Under the pieces are notes generated by a model that saw only the letters and a list, made by a program, of their open reading frames with translations, was not told the origin of the DNA and ran no database searches. The position numbers were made by a program, and so were the translations under genes. A DNA stretch of 45,108 bases from Candidatus Hodarchaeota archaeon. Its GTDB lineage: Archaea; Asgardarchaeota; Lokiarchaeia; Sigyniarchaeales; SOKP01. How positions within the stretch are numbered: the first letter of the stretch is position 1; each line of letters starts with the position of its first letter. Location of the stretch: assembly GCA_048886305.1 (NCBI GenBank), contig JBHLKV010000003.1, forward strand, positions 1 to 45,108, in the 5' to 3' direction. Of the stretch, positions 18,294 to 26,092 are shown piece by piece.

Positions 18294-18737
18294 ATGTCCA
18301 CTTTAAAACTCGATAAATTTGATCAAATTGGAATTGTTGTAAAAAATATTGAATCGGTAGCAAGTATACTTGGAAATCTTTTAAGTTTTAAATCTAAAAT
18401 AAATATAGTTGAACAAACATCGGAAGTAGTTTATAAAGGAAAAAAAGTATCTTATAAAATGAAAAAAATAATGCAAACCTTTGGCGGTAAGCAGTTTGAA
18501 ATTGTTGAACTAGTAGAATCGACTGGGGATCATTTATATTTAGAGTTTCTTAGAGAAGGGAACGTAGGTTTGCACCATTTAGGAGTATATACTAAAAATG
18601 CTGATGAGTTAATTGATCACTTTAAAAAAGAATATAATATAGAGGTAATCCAATCAGGAGCAGTTGGTAAGTTAAGATTTGATTACTTAAATACTAAAAA
18701 AGAGCTTGGATTTTATTTAGAGTTGATTTCTTTTTAG
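18294..18737 (+). CDS. VOC/glyoxalase-family protein (methylmalonyl-CoA epimerase-like)
   Basis: 147 aa. DQIGIVVKNIESV ... LHHLGVYTKNADE ... FYLELI follows the paired beta-alpha-beta-beta-beta module pattern with His and Glu metal ligands. Confidence 0.6.
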   Translation: MSTLKLDKFDQIGIVVKNIESVASILGNLLSFKSKINIVEQTSEVVYKGKKVSYKMKKIMQTFGGKQFEIVELVESTGDHLYLEFLREGNVGLHHLGVYTKNADELIDHFKKEYNIEVIQSGAVGKLRFDYLNTKKELGFYLELISF

Positions 18738-18802
18738 TTAGAAATTAATGTAAAAACCCATCTTTTAAAAAAATTTAATTTTCATTTTTAATACTCCTAT
18801 AT

Positions 18803-20539
18803 ATGTCAAAACAAGTTAAAGATGGCGGGGATTTGCTTGTAACTTGCCTTTTAAATGAAGGTATTAAAAAAATGTTTGGTCTTGTTGGTGGAGAATTACT
18901 ACGAATTTATGATGCGATTGAGAGATGGGCTCGTGAAGAAGGAATTGATACGGTCATGGTTCGACATGAACAAGCAGGAGGGCATATGGCTGATGCTTGG
19001 GCAAGAACAACAGGAGAAATTGGAGTATGCCTCGGTACTGCGGGACCAGGTGTATCCCATCTTATACCTGCAGTAGCAGCAGCATATGCAGATTCAATCC
19101 CAATGTTAGTTATTGGAGCCCAGGTTGCCCGAATGTTTGATGATACAGGAATTTTACAAGGGGGATTAGATCAGATGAGTTTGATGAAACCAATTACAAA
19201 ATTGCAAATATCTGTTGAAGAACCTTACGAGATACCATTTGCAGTACAACGGAGTATGAAGGCAGCTATTTCAGGAAGAAGAGGACCTGTTTTTCTCGAA
19301 CTAAGAGAAACAGCTTTAGTTAGAGAAGCTAAAGAAGAAGACTTTAAGAAGATTCTAAAACCAGAAAAATATCGCCCTTTAAATAGGCCTCTCGGCAATC
19401 CTGAATTAATAGATAACGCCTTGGATTTTTTAAAAAATGCAAAAAAACCAATCATAATTGCTGGAGGTGGAGTTATTGCTTCTGAAGCCTCAGAGGATTT
19501 AATCAAATTATCAGAAACTTATAGTATACCTGCTTTAACGACTGTTATGGGTATCGGTGCAATTAGTTGTAATCAAAAAACATATGCCGGATCCTATCCT
19601 TTATCAAATACATTTCGTAGAGCAGCTTCAGAGGCGGATGTCGTAATATCAATTGGATGTAGGTGGGACTATACTACCTTATATGGAACAGCTCCTTTAT
19701 GGAATCAAGACCAAAAACTTATTCAAGTAGAAATTGATATAAAAGAAATTGGCAAAAATAGACCCGTTGATATAGGAATTATAGCAGATGCTAAAGCTGT
19801 AATAAATCAATTACTTAAGGGAATGGAACAAAAGCTTCCCAAAGAAAAAGTAACCGAATGGACTGAGTGGAATGAATATTTGCAAACCGCTAGAGAAAAT
19901 GATAAAAATATAATTCAAAGTCTTTTAAAATCGAATAAAATACCAATGAAACCAGAAAGACTTATTGTTGAAGTATTGGGATTCATTCCACCAGAAACAG
20001 ACTTAGTAATTAATGGTGGAGATATCGCTATTTTTACATATGGTATTATATCAAATTTTCAAAGATATCCAAGAAGTACATTTACTTCGATTGGGATGGG
20101 ACATTTGGGCGTCGACATATGTTATGCTATAGCTGTAAAACTAGCTAAACCAAATAAACCTGTTATATGTATTACAGGCGATGGAAGCTTTTTGTTCAAT
20201 GTTCAGGAATTAGAGACTGCAGTGAGATTGAATTTACCAATTATAATAGTTATTGGGAATAATTGTGCTTGGGGAATGCTCAAAACCAATCAAAAAAATA
20301 ATTTAAATAAACGATATTGTGATGTTGATTTTCCACCTATTAATTATGCCGAGATTGCTAAAAGTTTTGGCTGTTATGGAGAAAAAATAGAAAAACCTGA
20401 AGATATAAAACCAGCAATAAAAAGAGCAATGGACTCAAAAAAACCAGCAGTAATCGACGTTAGCATTGCCTTTGAGTCACCACCAGCAGGAAAATTCTTA
20501 GGATTATATAAAAAGAATAAAGGTCTATTTGGAAATTAA
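18803..20539 (+). CDS. thiamine-diphosphate enzyme of the acetolactate synthase large subunit / Xsc / oxalyl-CoA decarboxylase family
   Basis: Three-domain layout: N-terminal HEQAGGHMADAWAR, a middle domain, and the C-terminal ThDP motif GDGSFLFNVQELETAVRLNLPIIIVIGNNCAWG. Substrate cannot be assigned by eye. Confidence 0.8.
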   Translation: MSKQVKDGGDLLVTCLLNEGIKKMFGLVGGELLRIYDAIERWAREEGIDTVMVRHEQAGGHMADAWARTTGEIGVCLGTAGPGVSHLIPAVAAAYADSIPMLVIGAQVARMFDDTGILQGGLDQMSLMKPITKLQISVEEPYEIPFAVQRSMKAAISGRRGPVFLELRETALVREAKEEDFKKILKPEKYRPLNRPLGNPELIDNALDFLKNAKKPIIIAGGGVIASEASEDLIKLSETYSIPALTTVMGIGAISCNQKTYAGSYPLSNTFRRAASEADVVISIGCRWDYTTLYGTAPLWNQDQKLIQVEIDIKEIGKNRPVDIGIIADAKAVINQLLKGMEQKLPKEKVTEWTEWNEYLQTARENDKNIIQSLLKSNKIPMKPERLIVEVLGFIPPETDLVINGGDIAIFTYGIISNFQRYPRSTFTSIGMGHLGVDICYAIAVKLAKPNKPVICITGDGSFLFNVQELETAVRLNLPIIIVIGNNCAWGMLKTNQKNNLNKRYCDVDFPPINYAEIAKSFGCYGEKIEKPEDIKPAIKRAMDSKKPAVIDVSIAFESPPAGKFLGLYKKNKGLFGN

Positions 20540-20573
20540 AAACCTTATTTAATGATTTAAAGATTGAATAAAA

Positions 20574-21371
20574 ATGACAGAAGAAAAATTTTTAGAGGAA
20601 AAAGTTGCCCTAGTTACTGGGGCGGGCAGTGGATTTGGCAGGGAAATGGCAATAGCGTTTGCAAGTAAGGGCGCTAATTTAGTACTGAATGATGTAAACC
20701 TTGAAATTATTGAGGAAACACGAGAAATCATCTTAAAAACTTATAATGTAGAAATTTTACTAGCTAAAGCAGATATATCAGATTTTAATCAAGTTAAAGA
20801 AATGAGAAACAGAGTTTTTGAAAAATTTGATAATTTATTTATATTAGTTAATAATGCGGGCGTTAGGGAGGGTACATTTTCACTTGTTACTAAAGAAGAC
20901 GTTTATAATAAAGTCATGGATGTAAATGTTAAAGGTGCTTGGAATGTTACAAAAGCATTTTATAGAAAAATGTGTAAGCAAAATTTCAAACCAATAGCAG
21001 GAAAGATCATTAATATTGCTTCTTGTGCAGGAACACAATGTGGCGTTAATCCATATATTGGGATATATAGTGTAAGTAAGGCAGCTCTAATTGCCTTCAC
21101 AAAGCTTTGGGCTATTGAACTCGGATCAAATAATATTGCAGTGAATGCAATATGTCCAGGTTTATTTTTAACACCCTTGTATAAGAATAATCCTGAATTT
21201 ATACGAGAATTTGCGAGAAGAAGAAATGTTAAACTTCCTTTAGACAGGATAGGGGAATCGAAACAAGTTGCTGATGTCGCTTTATTTTTAGCTTCACCTG
21301 CTTCAGATTATATAACTGGCCATAGTATTATTTTAGATGGTGGGATGACTATTTCAGTAAATTCATTGTAG
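20574..21371 (+). CDS. short-chain dehydrogenase/reductase (FabG-like SDR)
   Basis: TGAGSGFG cofactor motif, NNAG, and catalytic S ... YSVSK. Confidence 0.85.
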   Translation: MTEEKFLEEKVALVTGAGSGFGREMAIAFASKGANLVLNDVNLEIIEETREIILKTYNVEILLAKADISDFNQVKEMRNRVFEKFDNLFILVNNAGVREGTFSLVTKEDVYNKVMDVNVKGAWNVTKAFYRKMCKQNFKPIAGKIINIASCAGTQCGVNPYIGIYSVSKAALIAFTKLWAIELGSNNIAVNAICPGLFLTPLYKNNPEFIREFARRRNVKLPLDRIGESKQVADVALFLASPASDYITGHSIILDGGMTISVNSL

Positions 21372-21393
21372 AAAGTAAAACTAAATAATCTGG

Positions 21394-21978
21394 TTATTTA
21401 CCACGACCTCTATTTGCTCTAATGCTAGGTCGTGTTTTTTCAGAACCCCATCCTTTTTTGTGTAACCCTCTAGCTCTTTTCCCCGAAGAAGTTAAACCTC
21501 TCGTTACTCTATTTTTATGAGCGGGAGTACATATCCAATTTATTTTTGGATCAGATTTGATTACTGGATGGTGGGGATCAACTAAAATCACTTCATAGTA
21601 CCAATGCTTTCCATCAGAGTAAACTTTATAACTATTTAAAACTTCCATATTCGGGTATTTGCGTTGTACACGTTCTTCAGCAATCCATTGTAAATTTTTC
21701 CCTGTAGTATATTTTGAAACACCCATTGCTCGAGGTTTTCTACCTCGTTTAGGTCTAGTTTTATGCATTCCACCCTTTCTAATTCTGGCTCTAACTATTA
21801 TATATCCTTGCTTTGCTTTATAACCTAAAGTTCTAGCACGATGAATTTTAGTAGGTTTTTCTACTCTTTGTATTGATTTTCCCTTTCGATACTCAATTCC
21901 ACGATTCCAGTGTGGTGTTTTATATCCTTTTTCATGTTCCTTGAAAGTCTCTTTTACATAGTTATATCCAGACTTCAA
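21394..21978 (-). CDS. rpl15e: 50S ribosomal protein L15e
   Basis: 194 aa, extremely basic. SGYNYVKETF ... GYIIVRARIRKGG ... YEVILVDPHHP is characteristic of eL15. TTG start. Confidence 0.9.
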   Translation of the reverse strand: MKSGYNYVKETFKEHEKGYKTPHWNRGIEYRKGKSIQRVEKPTKIHRARTLGYKAKQGYIIVRARIRKGGMHKTRPKRGRKPRAMGVSKYTTGKNLQWIAEERVQRKYPNMEVLNSYKVYSDGKHWYYEVILVDPHHPVIKSDPKINWICTPAHKNRVTRGLTSSGKRARGLHKKGWGSEKTRPSIRANRGRGK

Positions 21979-22175
21979 CGTTCAAACCACTCTTGGTACA
22001 TTTTAACTTTTAAAATTTACAAAAATTAATTAATTTTATCATTTCTATAATTTTTAAAAATTTATTATCTCAATGATTAGCCTTTTTGTTTAATCTCGCT
22101 AAAATTAAATTTAATACTTTAATTAAATTATTTTAAACATATAGGTTCAAAGAATGATAAATCGTTAGAAGCTAA

Positions 22176-22688
22176 TTGCCAGATAAAGAAATAAAAAAAA
22201 AGAAACCGTTTAATAAAACAAGAATAACGGATAATAATGGATTAAAAGTATCATATGACAAAATTGAATTAGATGAATATCTTCCACATTTAATGTCAGA
22301 AGTCTCTGAAAGTAAAAAATCACTAAAGATAGATTCAGTAAAATTCAAGATTGAACAAGAATTTGAAGAAACAATCGATAATTCAAATAACTATTATCCA
22401 GAAGAATTATATAACCCAAAAGCCATTGATTTTATAAGAAGATGTACTAAAGATGAGGAAGCTATTGAGATCTTAGATTATCTATTAAGAAGAAAAGAAT
22501 TAACTAAAGAAGAATATACCTTATTTAAAAGCCAAATTTTACAAAAAGACGGTTTAAAAAAATTGATCGAAGAGTGTGGAGGGTTCAAAGAATCTGGATA
22601 TTATGAACGAAAATATAGAAATTTTACCCAACAGAGAAATAGTGAAAAAGAAAGAATTACAGGGGGAAGTAAAACTAAAAAAAAATAA
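22176..22688 (+). CDS. hypothetical protein (170 aa, charged; conserved-looking core IDFIRRCTKDEEAIEILDYLLRRKELTKEEY)
   Basis: ORF with a TTG start and coding-like composition. No family assigned with confidence. Confidence 0.45.
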   Translation: MPDKEIKKKKPFNKTRITDNNGLKVSYDKIELDEYLPHLMSEVSESKKSLKIDSVKFKIEQEFEETIDNSNNYYPEELYNPKAIDFIRRCTKDEEAIEILDYLLRRKELTKEEYTLFKSQILQKDGLKKLIEECGGFKESGYYERKYRNFTQQRNSEKERITGGSKTKKK

Positions 22689-22733
22689 ATTTTGTTTAGG
22701 ACTATTGGAATTATAGCATAAATATTAATTTAT

Positions 22734-22815
22734 GAGAAGAAAAATGATGATCTCATGACAAATAGAACTACTGCTCATAGTGATGATTCTTGTCGCCCCA
22801 ATCTGATTTTTTCTC
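22734..22815 (+). ncRNA. candidate C/D-box sRNA
   Basis: Intergenic. C box ATGATGA (22744..22750), D'-like CTGC (22771..22774), C' box GTGATGA (22780..22786), D box CTGA (22803..22806). The flanks GAGAAGAAAA (22734..22743) and TTTTTTCTC (22807..22815) can pair as a terminal stem with one bulge. Guide spacers are about 20 and 16 nt, longer than the archaeal norm of about 12 nt. Confidence 0.4.
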
Positions 22816-22847
22816 TATTATTTAGAAAAATTTTTTAATTAGTTTAT

Positions 22848-23102
22848 TTAAATATCCCCCTCTATCTCTCTCCTGAACTTAATTCCTTTTTCCGTTAAAA
22901 AGTGTTCTCCTTTAATCTTCTTAATTAATTTTAAATCACGTAAAACAGGAATTCTCCCTTTAATACAAGAAATTGGCAATCCAGAAAACAATTTAATTGT
23001 TTCGTAATTCTTTGCTCCCTTATCAATGGCAAGTAATATCTCAATTCCCATATATCCTAAGAGATATTTCAAGTCATCATACGATTCTACTTCATTAGAC
23101 AT
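22848..23102 (-). CDS. small winged-helix (wHTH) protein
   Basis: 84 aa. GIEILLAIDKGAKNYETIKLFSGLPISCIKGRIPVLRDLKLIKK follows a helix-turn-helix plus wing pattern. It starts 21 nt downstream of the NPRL2-like gene on the same strand. Confidence 0.5.
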   Translation of the reverse strand: MSNEVESYDDLKYLLGYMGIEILLAIDKGAKNYETIKLFSGLPISCIKGRIPVLRDLKLIKKIKGEHFLTEKGIKFRREIEGDI

Positions 23103-23123
23103 TCTTCATCCTGAATTAATAAA

Positions 23124-24260
23124 TTATTTTGACTTATCTTTTTTGGATTCTTTAGGTAATAATTTTCTCATCCACTCTGGAAAGGCAGTAGTTATACGTA
23201 GATTTGTTTTTAAAACAACATACCGTTCATTATTATAATTTAACTCTTCGATTACATCATATTCTTTTAAATATTCTATGTTTTCCATTAGAGAATCTAA
23301 AGTTTTCTTAGACAATAATTTAGGTAATTTATCTCTTGAAATTAAACTATTGCGTAATTCAGAAAGAACATTATACTTTTTAGAATCTGCCATTATTTGA
23401 AATAAAATATAGGAATCTTTTTTTAGCTCTGCTTCTTTCTTTTTTTCATATTCACTAAAATATTCTTGAACCTTTGGAAGTAGCAAATCTATTAACTCTG
23501 GTTTGTCATCAATATATTCTATTACACTATCGGGTGGAATTCTCTCTGCATTTACTTCTTTTAATAGAAGTACATACTTTTCTACTAAGCCAATTTGATT
23601 TATAATAAGAATTTGCTTCTCAACCAATGTATTGATTATTTCTTCGAATTCTTTATTAGGAAAATTTTCAATAAACCATTCTTTTAGTTCTTCTAGTTCT
23701 ACCGGACCTTTTGAGAGTTTTTCTAAGGTTTTAAAAATATGCTCATTATTTATTAGAATTGCTATTTTCTGTTCTTCAGTTTTTTCTCGTGTTTCTTCCA
23801 TTATTGCCCAATATAGGTTCTTTACCCATGCTTTTATTAAAGAATTGTTTTTTATTATCTTTTCAACATCTTCTTCATGATAGTCTTTCTCATTTATGTA
23901 AAAACCTGTAAAGATCTCCTCATTTGATTGTAAACTTTCTGAAAATTCTGTACACAAATTAGCAATAATTTCCTCAATCGAAGGTGCAATTTGTTGATCA
24001 AGTATTACTGAAAACATTAACATTTCCTTATTACCACGAGCCCAATCAGAGTGAATTTCAAAATAATAATTTAATGATTTTAAATTTTCAAAAGAGTGTG
24101 TAAAAAAACCTTCATTAAATTGTTGGTCCATAATATTAGCTATTTTAACTTCTAATTCCTTCTCTAACGTATCTTTGGGATAAGAATAGAATATTAAGGG
24201 CCCAATCTTCCTATGGAAATAAGAAAGCGTAACGGTTGTTTTCAAATAATGAATCTCCAT
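23124..24260 (-). CDS. longin-domain plus tandem winged-helix protein, NPRL2/Npr2-like (GATOR1-subunit-like), tentative
   Basis: 378 aa (human NPRL2 is 380 aa as I recall). The N-terminus TLSYFHRKIGPLIFYSYPKD matches remembered NPRL2 [20 protein letters not shown] at F15, H16, G20, P21, I23, Y25, P28 and D30. WARGN (R75) lines up with NPRL2 YSRN (R78, the Arg finger). Two C-terminal wH-like units follow (IFKTLEKLSKGPVELEEL...LVEKQILIINQIGLVEKYVLL and YNVLSELRNS...YLKEYDVIEELNYNNERYVVL). Confidence 0.5.
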   Translation of the reverse strand: MEIHYLKTTVTLSYFHRKIGPLIFYSYPKDTLEKELEVKIANIMDQQFNEGFFTHSFENLKSLNYYFEIHSDWARGNKEMLMFSVILDQQIAPSIEEIIANLCTEFSESLQSNEEIFTGFYINEKDYHEEDVEKIIKNNSLIKAWVKNLYWAIMEETREKTEEQKIAILINNEHIFKTLEKLSKGPVELEELKEWFIENFPNKEFEEIINTLVEKQILIINQIGLVEKYVLLLKEVNAERIPPDSVIEYIDDKPELIDLLLPKVQEYFSEYEKKKEAELKKDSYILFQIMADSKKYNVLSELRNSLISRDKLPKLLSKKTLDSLMENIEYLKEYDVIEELNYNNERYVVLKTNLRITTAFPEWMRKLLPKESKKDKSK

Positions 24261-24460
24261 GGATATTTTTTCTTTTTACAAATAATACAGTTATTTTTAG
24301 GTCTAATAACTCAAAATAAATTAAATATTAAAGATTATATATTCTTAAAGATAAATAAATTTATCTTATTTAAACATCTATTAACAATAGTTTAGTAATA
24401 AATAGAATCAATTTATTATATTGATTTTCTAAAACATAATGGAAATTTCTACTTAATAGT

Positions 24461-25204
24461 ATGAACAATAATAAAGTTAAATTAGTTGGATTTGATTTAG
24501 ATGATTGCCTATTCGATTCAACTGCCCTTTCTGAAAGAGCTAGAATAAAAGGAATAGATGCGATGATAGATTTAGGTCTAAAAATTGATAGAACGAAGGC
24601 TATTATAAAAATCCAAGATATTGTAAAAGAATACGGATCTAATTTTTCTAAACATTACAATTACTTTATTCGACGATTAAATGAATTTGAAAATTATAAA
24701 ATATCCAGTAATGATAAGTATAAATATATTGCTGCTGCGGTAATAGCTTATCATCAAGAAAAAATTGATTCTATAAAATTATATGACGATGTAAAACCAT
24801 GTTTGGAAAAATTAAGAAGTATGGGAATTAAAACTGCTATTATTAGCGATGGTATCCCCATTAAACAATATGAGAAGATATTAAGACTTAACATTGATAG
24901 CTTATTAGATTTAGTAGTAATCTCAGATGAAATCGGAATTAAGAAACCAAATCCAAAATTATTTGAATACTGTTTAAAGAAATTTGATGTTAAAGGTTCA
25001 GAGACTATTTATATAGGAGATCGAATAGATAAAGACATTATTCCAGCACGTTTAAATGGTATTTATACTATTTATATTCATCGGGGAGGTAAATATGATA
25101 CGTATGAAAAAAGGAACGAAATTTCTGACGAATTAGTACCTAACTATGAGATATCAGATTTGAATGAAATTTTTGATTTAATAATTGAAATAAATAATAA
25201 ATGA
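24461..25204 (+). CDS. HAD-superfamily hydrolase (subfamily IA-like)
   Basis: Motif I FDLDDCLFDS, motif II TAIISDG, and motif IV GDRIDKDI with an upstream K (IKKPNP). Confidence 0.8.
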   Translation: MNNNKVKLVGFDLDDCLFDSTALSERARIKGIDAMIDLGLKIDRTKAIIKIQDIVKEYGSNFSKHYNYFIRRLNEFENYKISSNDKYKYIAAAVIAYHQEKIDSIKLYDDVKPCLEKLRSMGIKTAIISDGIPIKQYEKILRLNIDSLLDLVVISDEIGIKKPNPKLFEYCLKKFDVKGSETIYIGDRIDKDIIPARLNGIYTIYIHRGGKYDTYEKRNEISDELVPNYEISDLNEIFDLIIEINNK

Positions 25205-25224
25205 AAAATTGAACAAAATCTATA

Positions 25225-26040
25225 ATGAGAGTTGCTTGCATTCAACCCGAAATATTTCAAAGTAGAAATAACTGTTATTTTGAAGTAGAAGAATTAATAA
25301 AAAGATTGTTAGAAGATGCAAATAATTGCGACATTATATGTTTGCCAGAAAGATGGGTACCTGTCTATACAAATTCGGCTAAAAATTTCCAAAAAGAAAA
25401 AGGAGATGATTATCTATTTATTAAAAATTTAGCTAATGAATATCATATAAACATTTTATCAGGAGGAATATGGGAGAAACGGGATAATTTGAAAAAACCA
25501 CATATTACCTGCTATTTTTTTAATGAAAGAGGTGAAGAAGTAGATCGCCAAGATAAAATTCATCTCTATTCTTATGAACGAGAACAATTTGAACCAGGAA
25601 ACGTTTTAAAATTATTTAAATTAAATACATATCATTTTGCTATCCTTATTTGTTTTGACATGGCTTTTTTTGAGACTCCTAGATTAGCTGCTGAGAATGG
25701 TGCTGATCTTTTACTTTCTCCCACTCAAATTAGGCTGGAAGGAATGGATAATTGGGATACTTATTTGAAAGCACGGTCTCTTGAGAATAGAATTCCTATT
25801 GCTGCTTGTAATACTTTTGGAACGTTTTTCAGAAGGAAATTTATTGGAAAAAGCAAAATAATTTCTTTCATTGAAGGAAATATTTCACCATCGAAACTTA
25901 AAATAGTTGAAGCTCCTTCTAATTTAAATGGGTATATTTTTGATGATATTGATTTAGATTTTCCAAAAAAGTTAAGGAAAATTCGATTTAAGGAAAAAAT
26001 TGAAAAAAGTAAAATTGAAGTGAAAAATGTAAATAGCTGA
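25225..26040 (+). CDS. carbon-nitrogen hydrolase (nitrilase superfamily amidase)
   Basis: E-K-C triad contexts: ICLPERW, DKIHLY and AILICFD. Confidence 0.75.
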   Translation: MRVACIQPEIFQSRNNCYFEVEELIKRLLEDANNCDIICLPERWVPVYTNSAKNFQKEKGDDYLFIKNLANEYHINILSGGIWEKRDNLKKPHITCYFFNERGEEVDRQDKIHLYSYEREQFEPGNVLKLFKLNTYHFAILICFDMAFFETPRLAAENGADLLLSPTQIRLEGMDNWDTYLKARSLENRIPIAACNTFGTFFRRKFIGKSKIISFIEGNISPSKLKIVEAPSNLNGYIFDDIDLDFPKKLRKIRFKEKIEKSKIEVKNVNS

Positions 26041-26092
26041 GATGCTTATTTTATATACAATTCTATTCTGATGTTTAAATTAAATATAAGAG

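Noticed and set aside
18855-20731. Alternative-frame and antisense ORFs overlapping the ThDP enzyme and SDR genes (18855..19076, 19225..19506, 20549..20731)
   Set aside because: They are nested within genes that carry clear family motifs, and they show no motifs or independent start signals.
24348-24426. Palindromes in the NPRL2-like/HAD divergent spacer, considered as a stand-alone finding
   Set aside because: In DNA this AT-rich, 7 to 9-bp A/T palindromes arise easily by chance. I mention them only as context in the locus-level finding.
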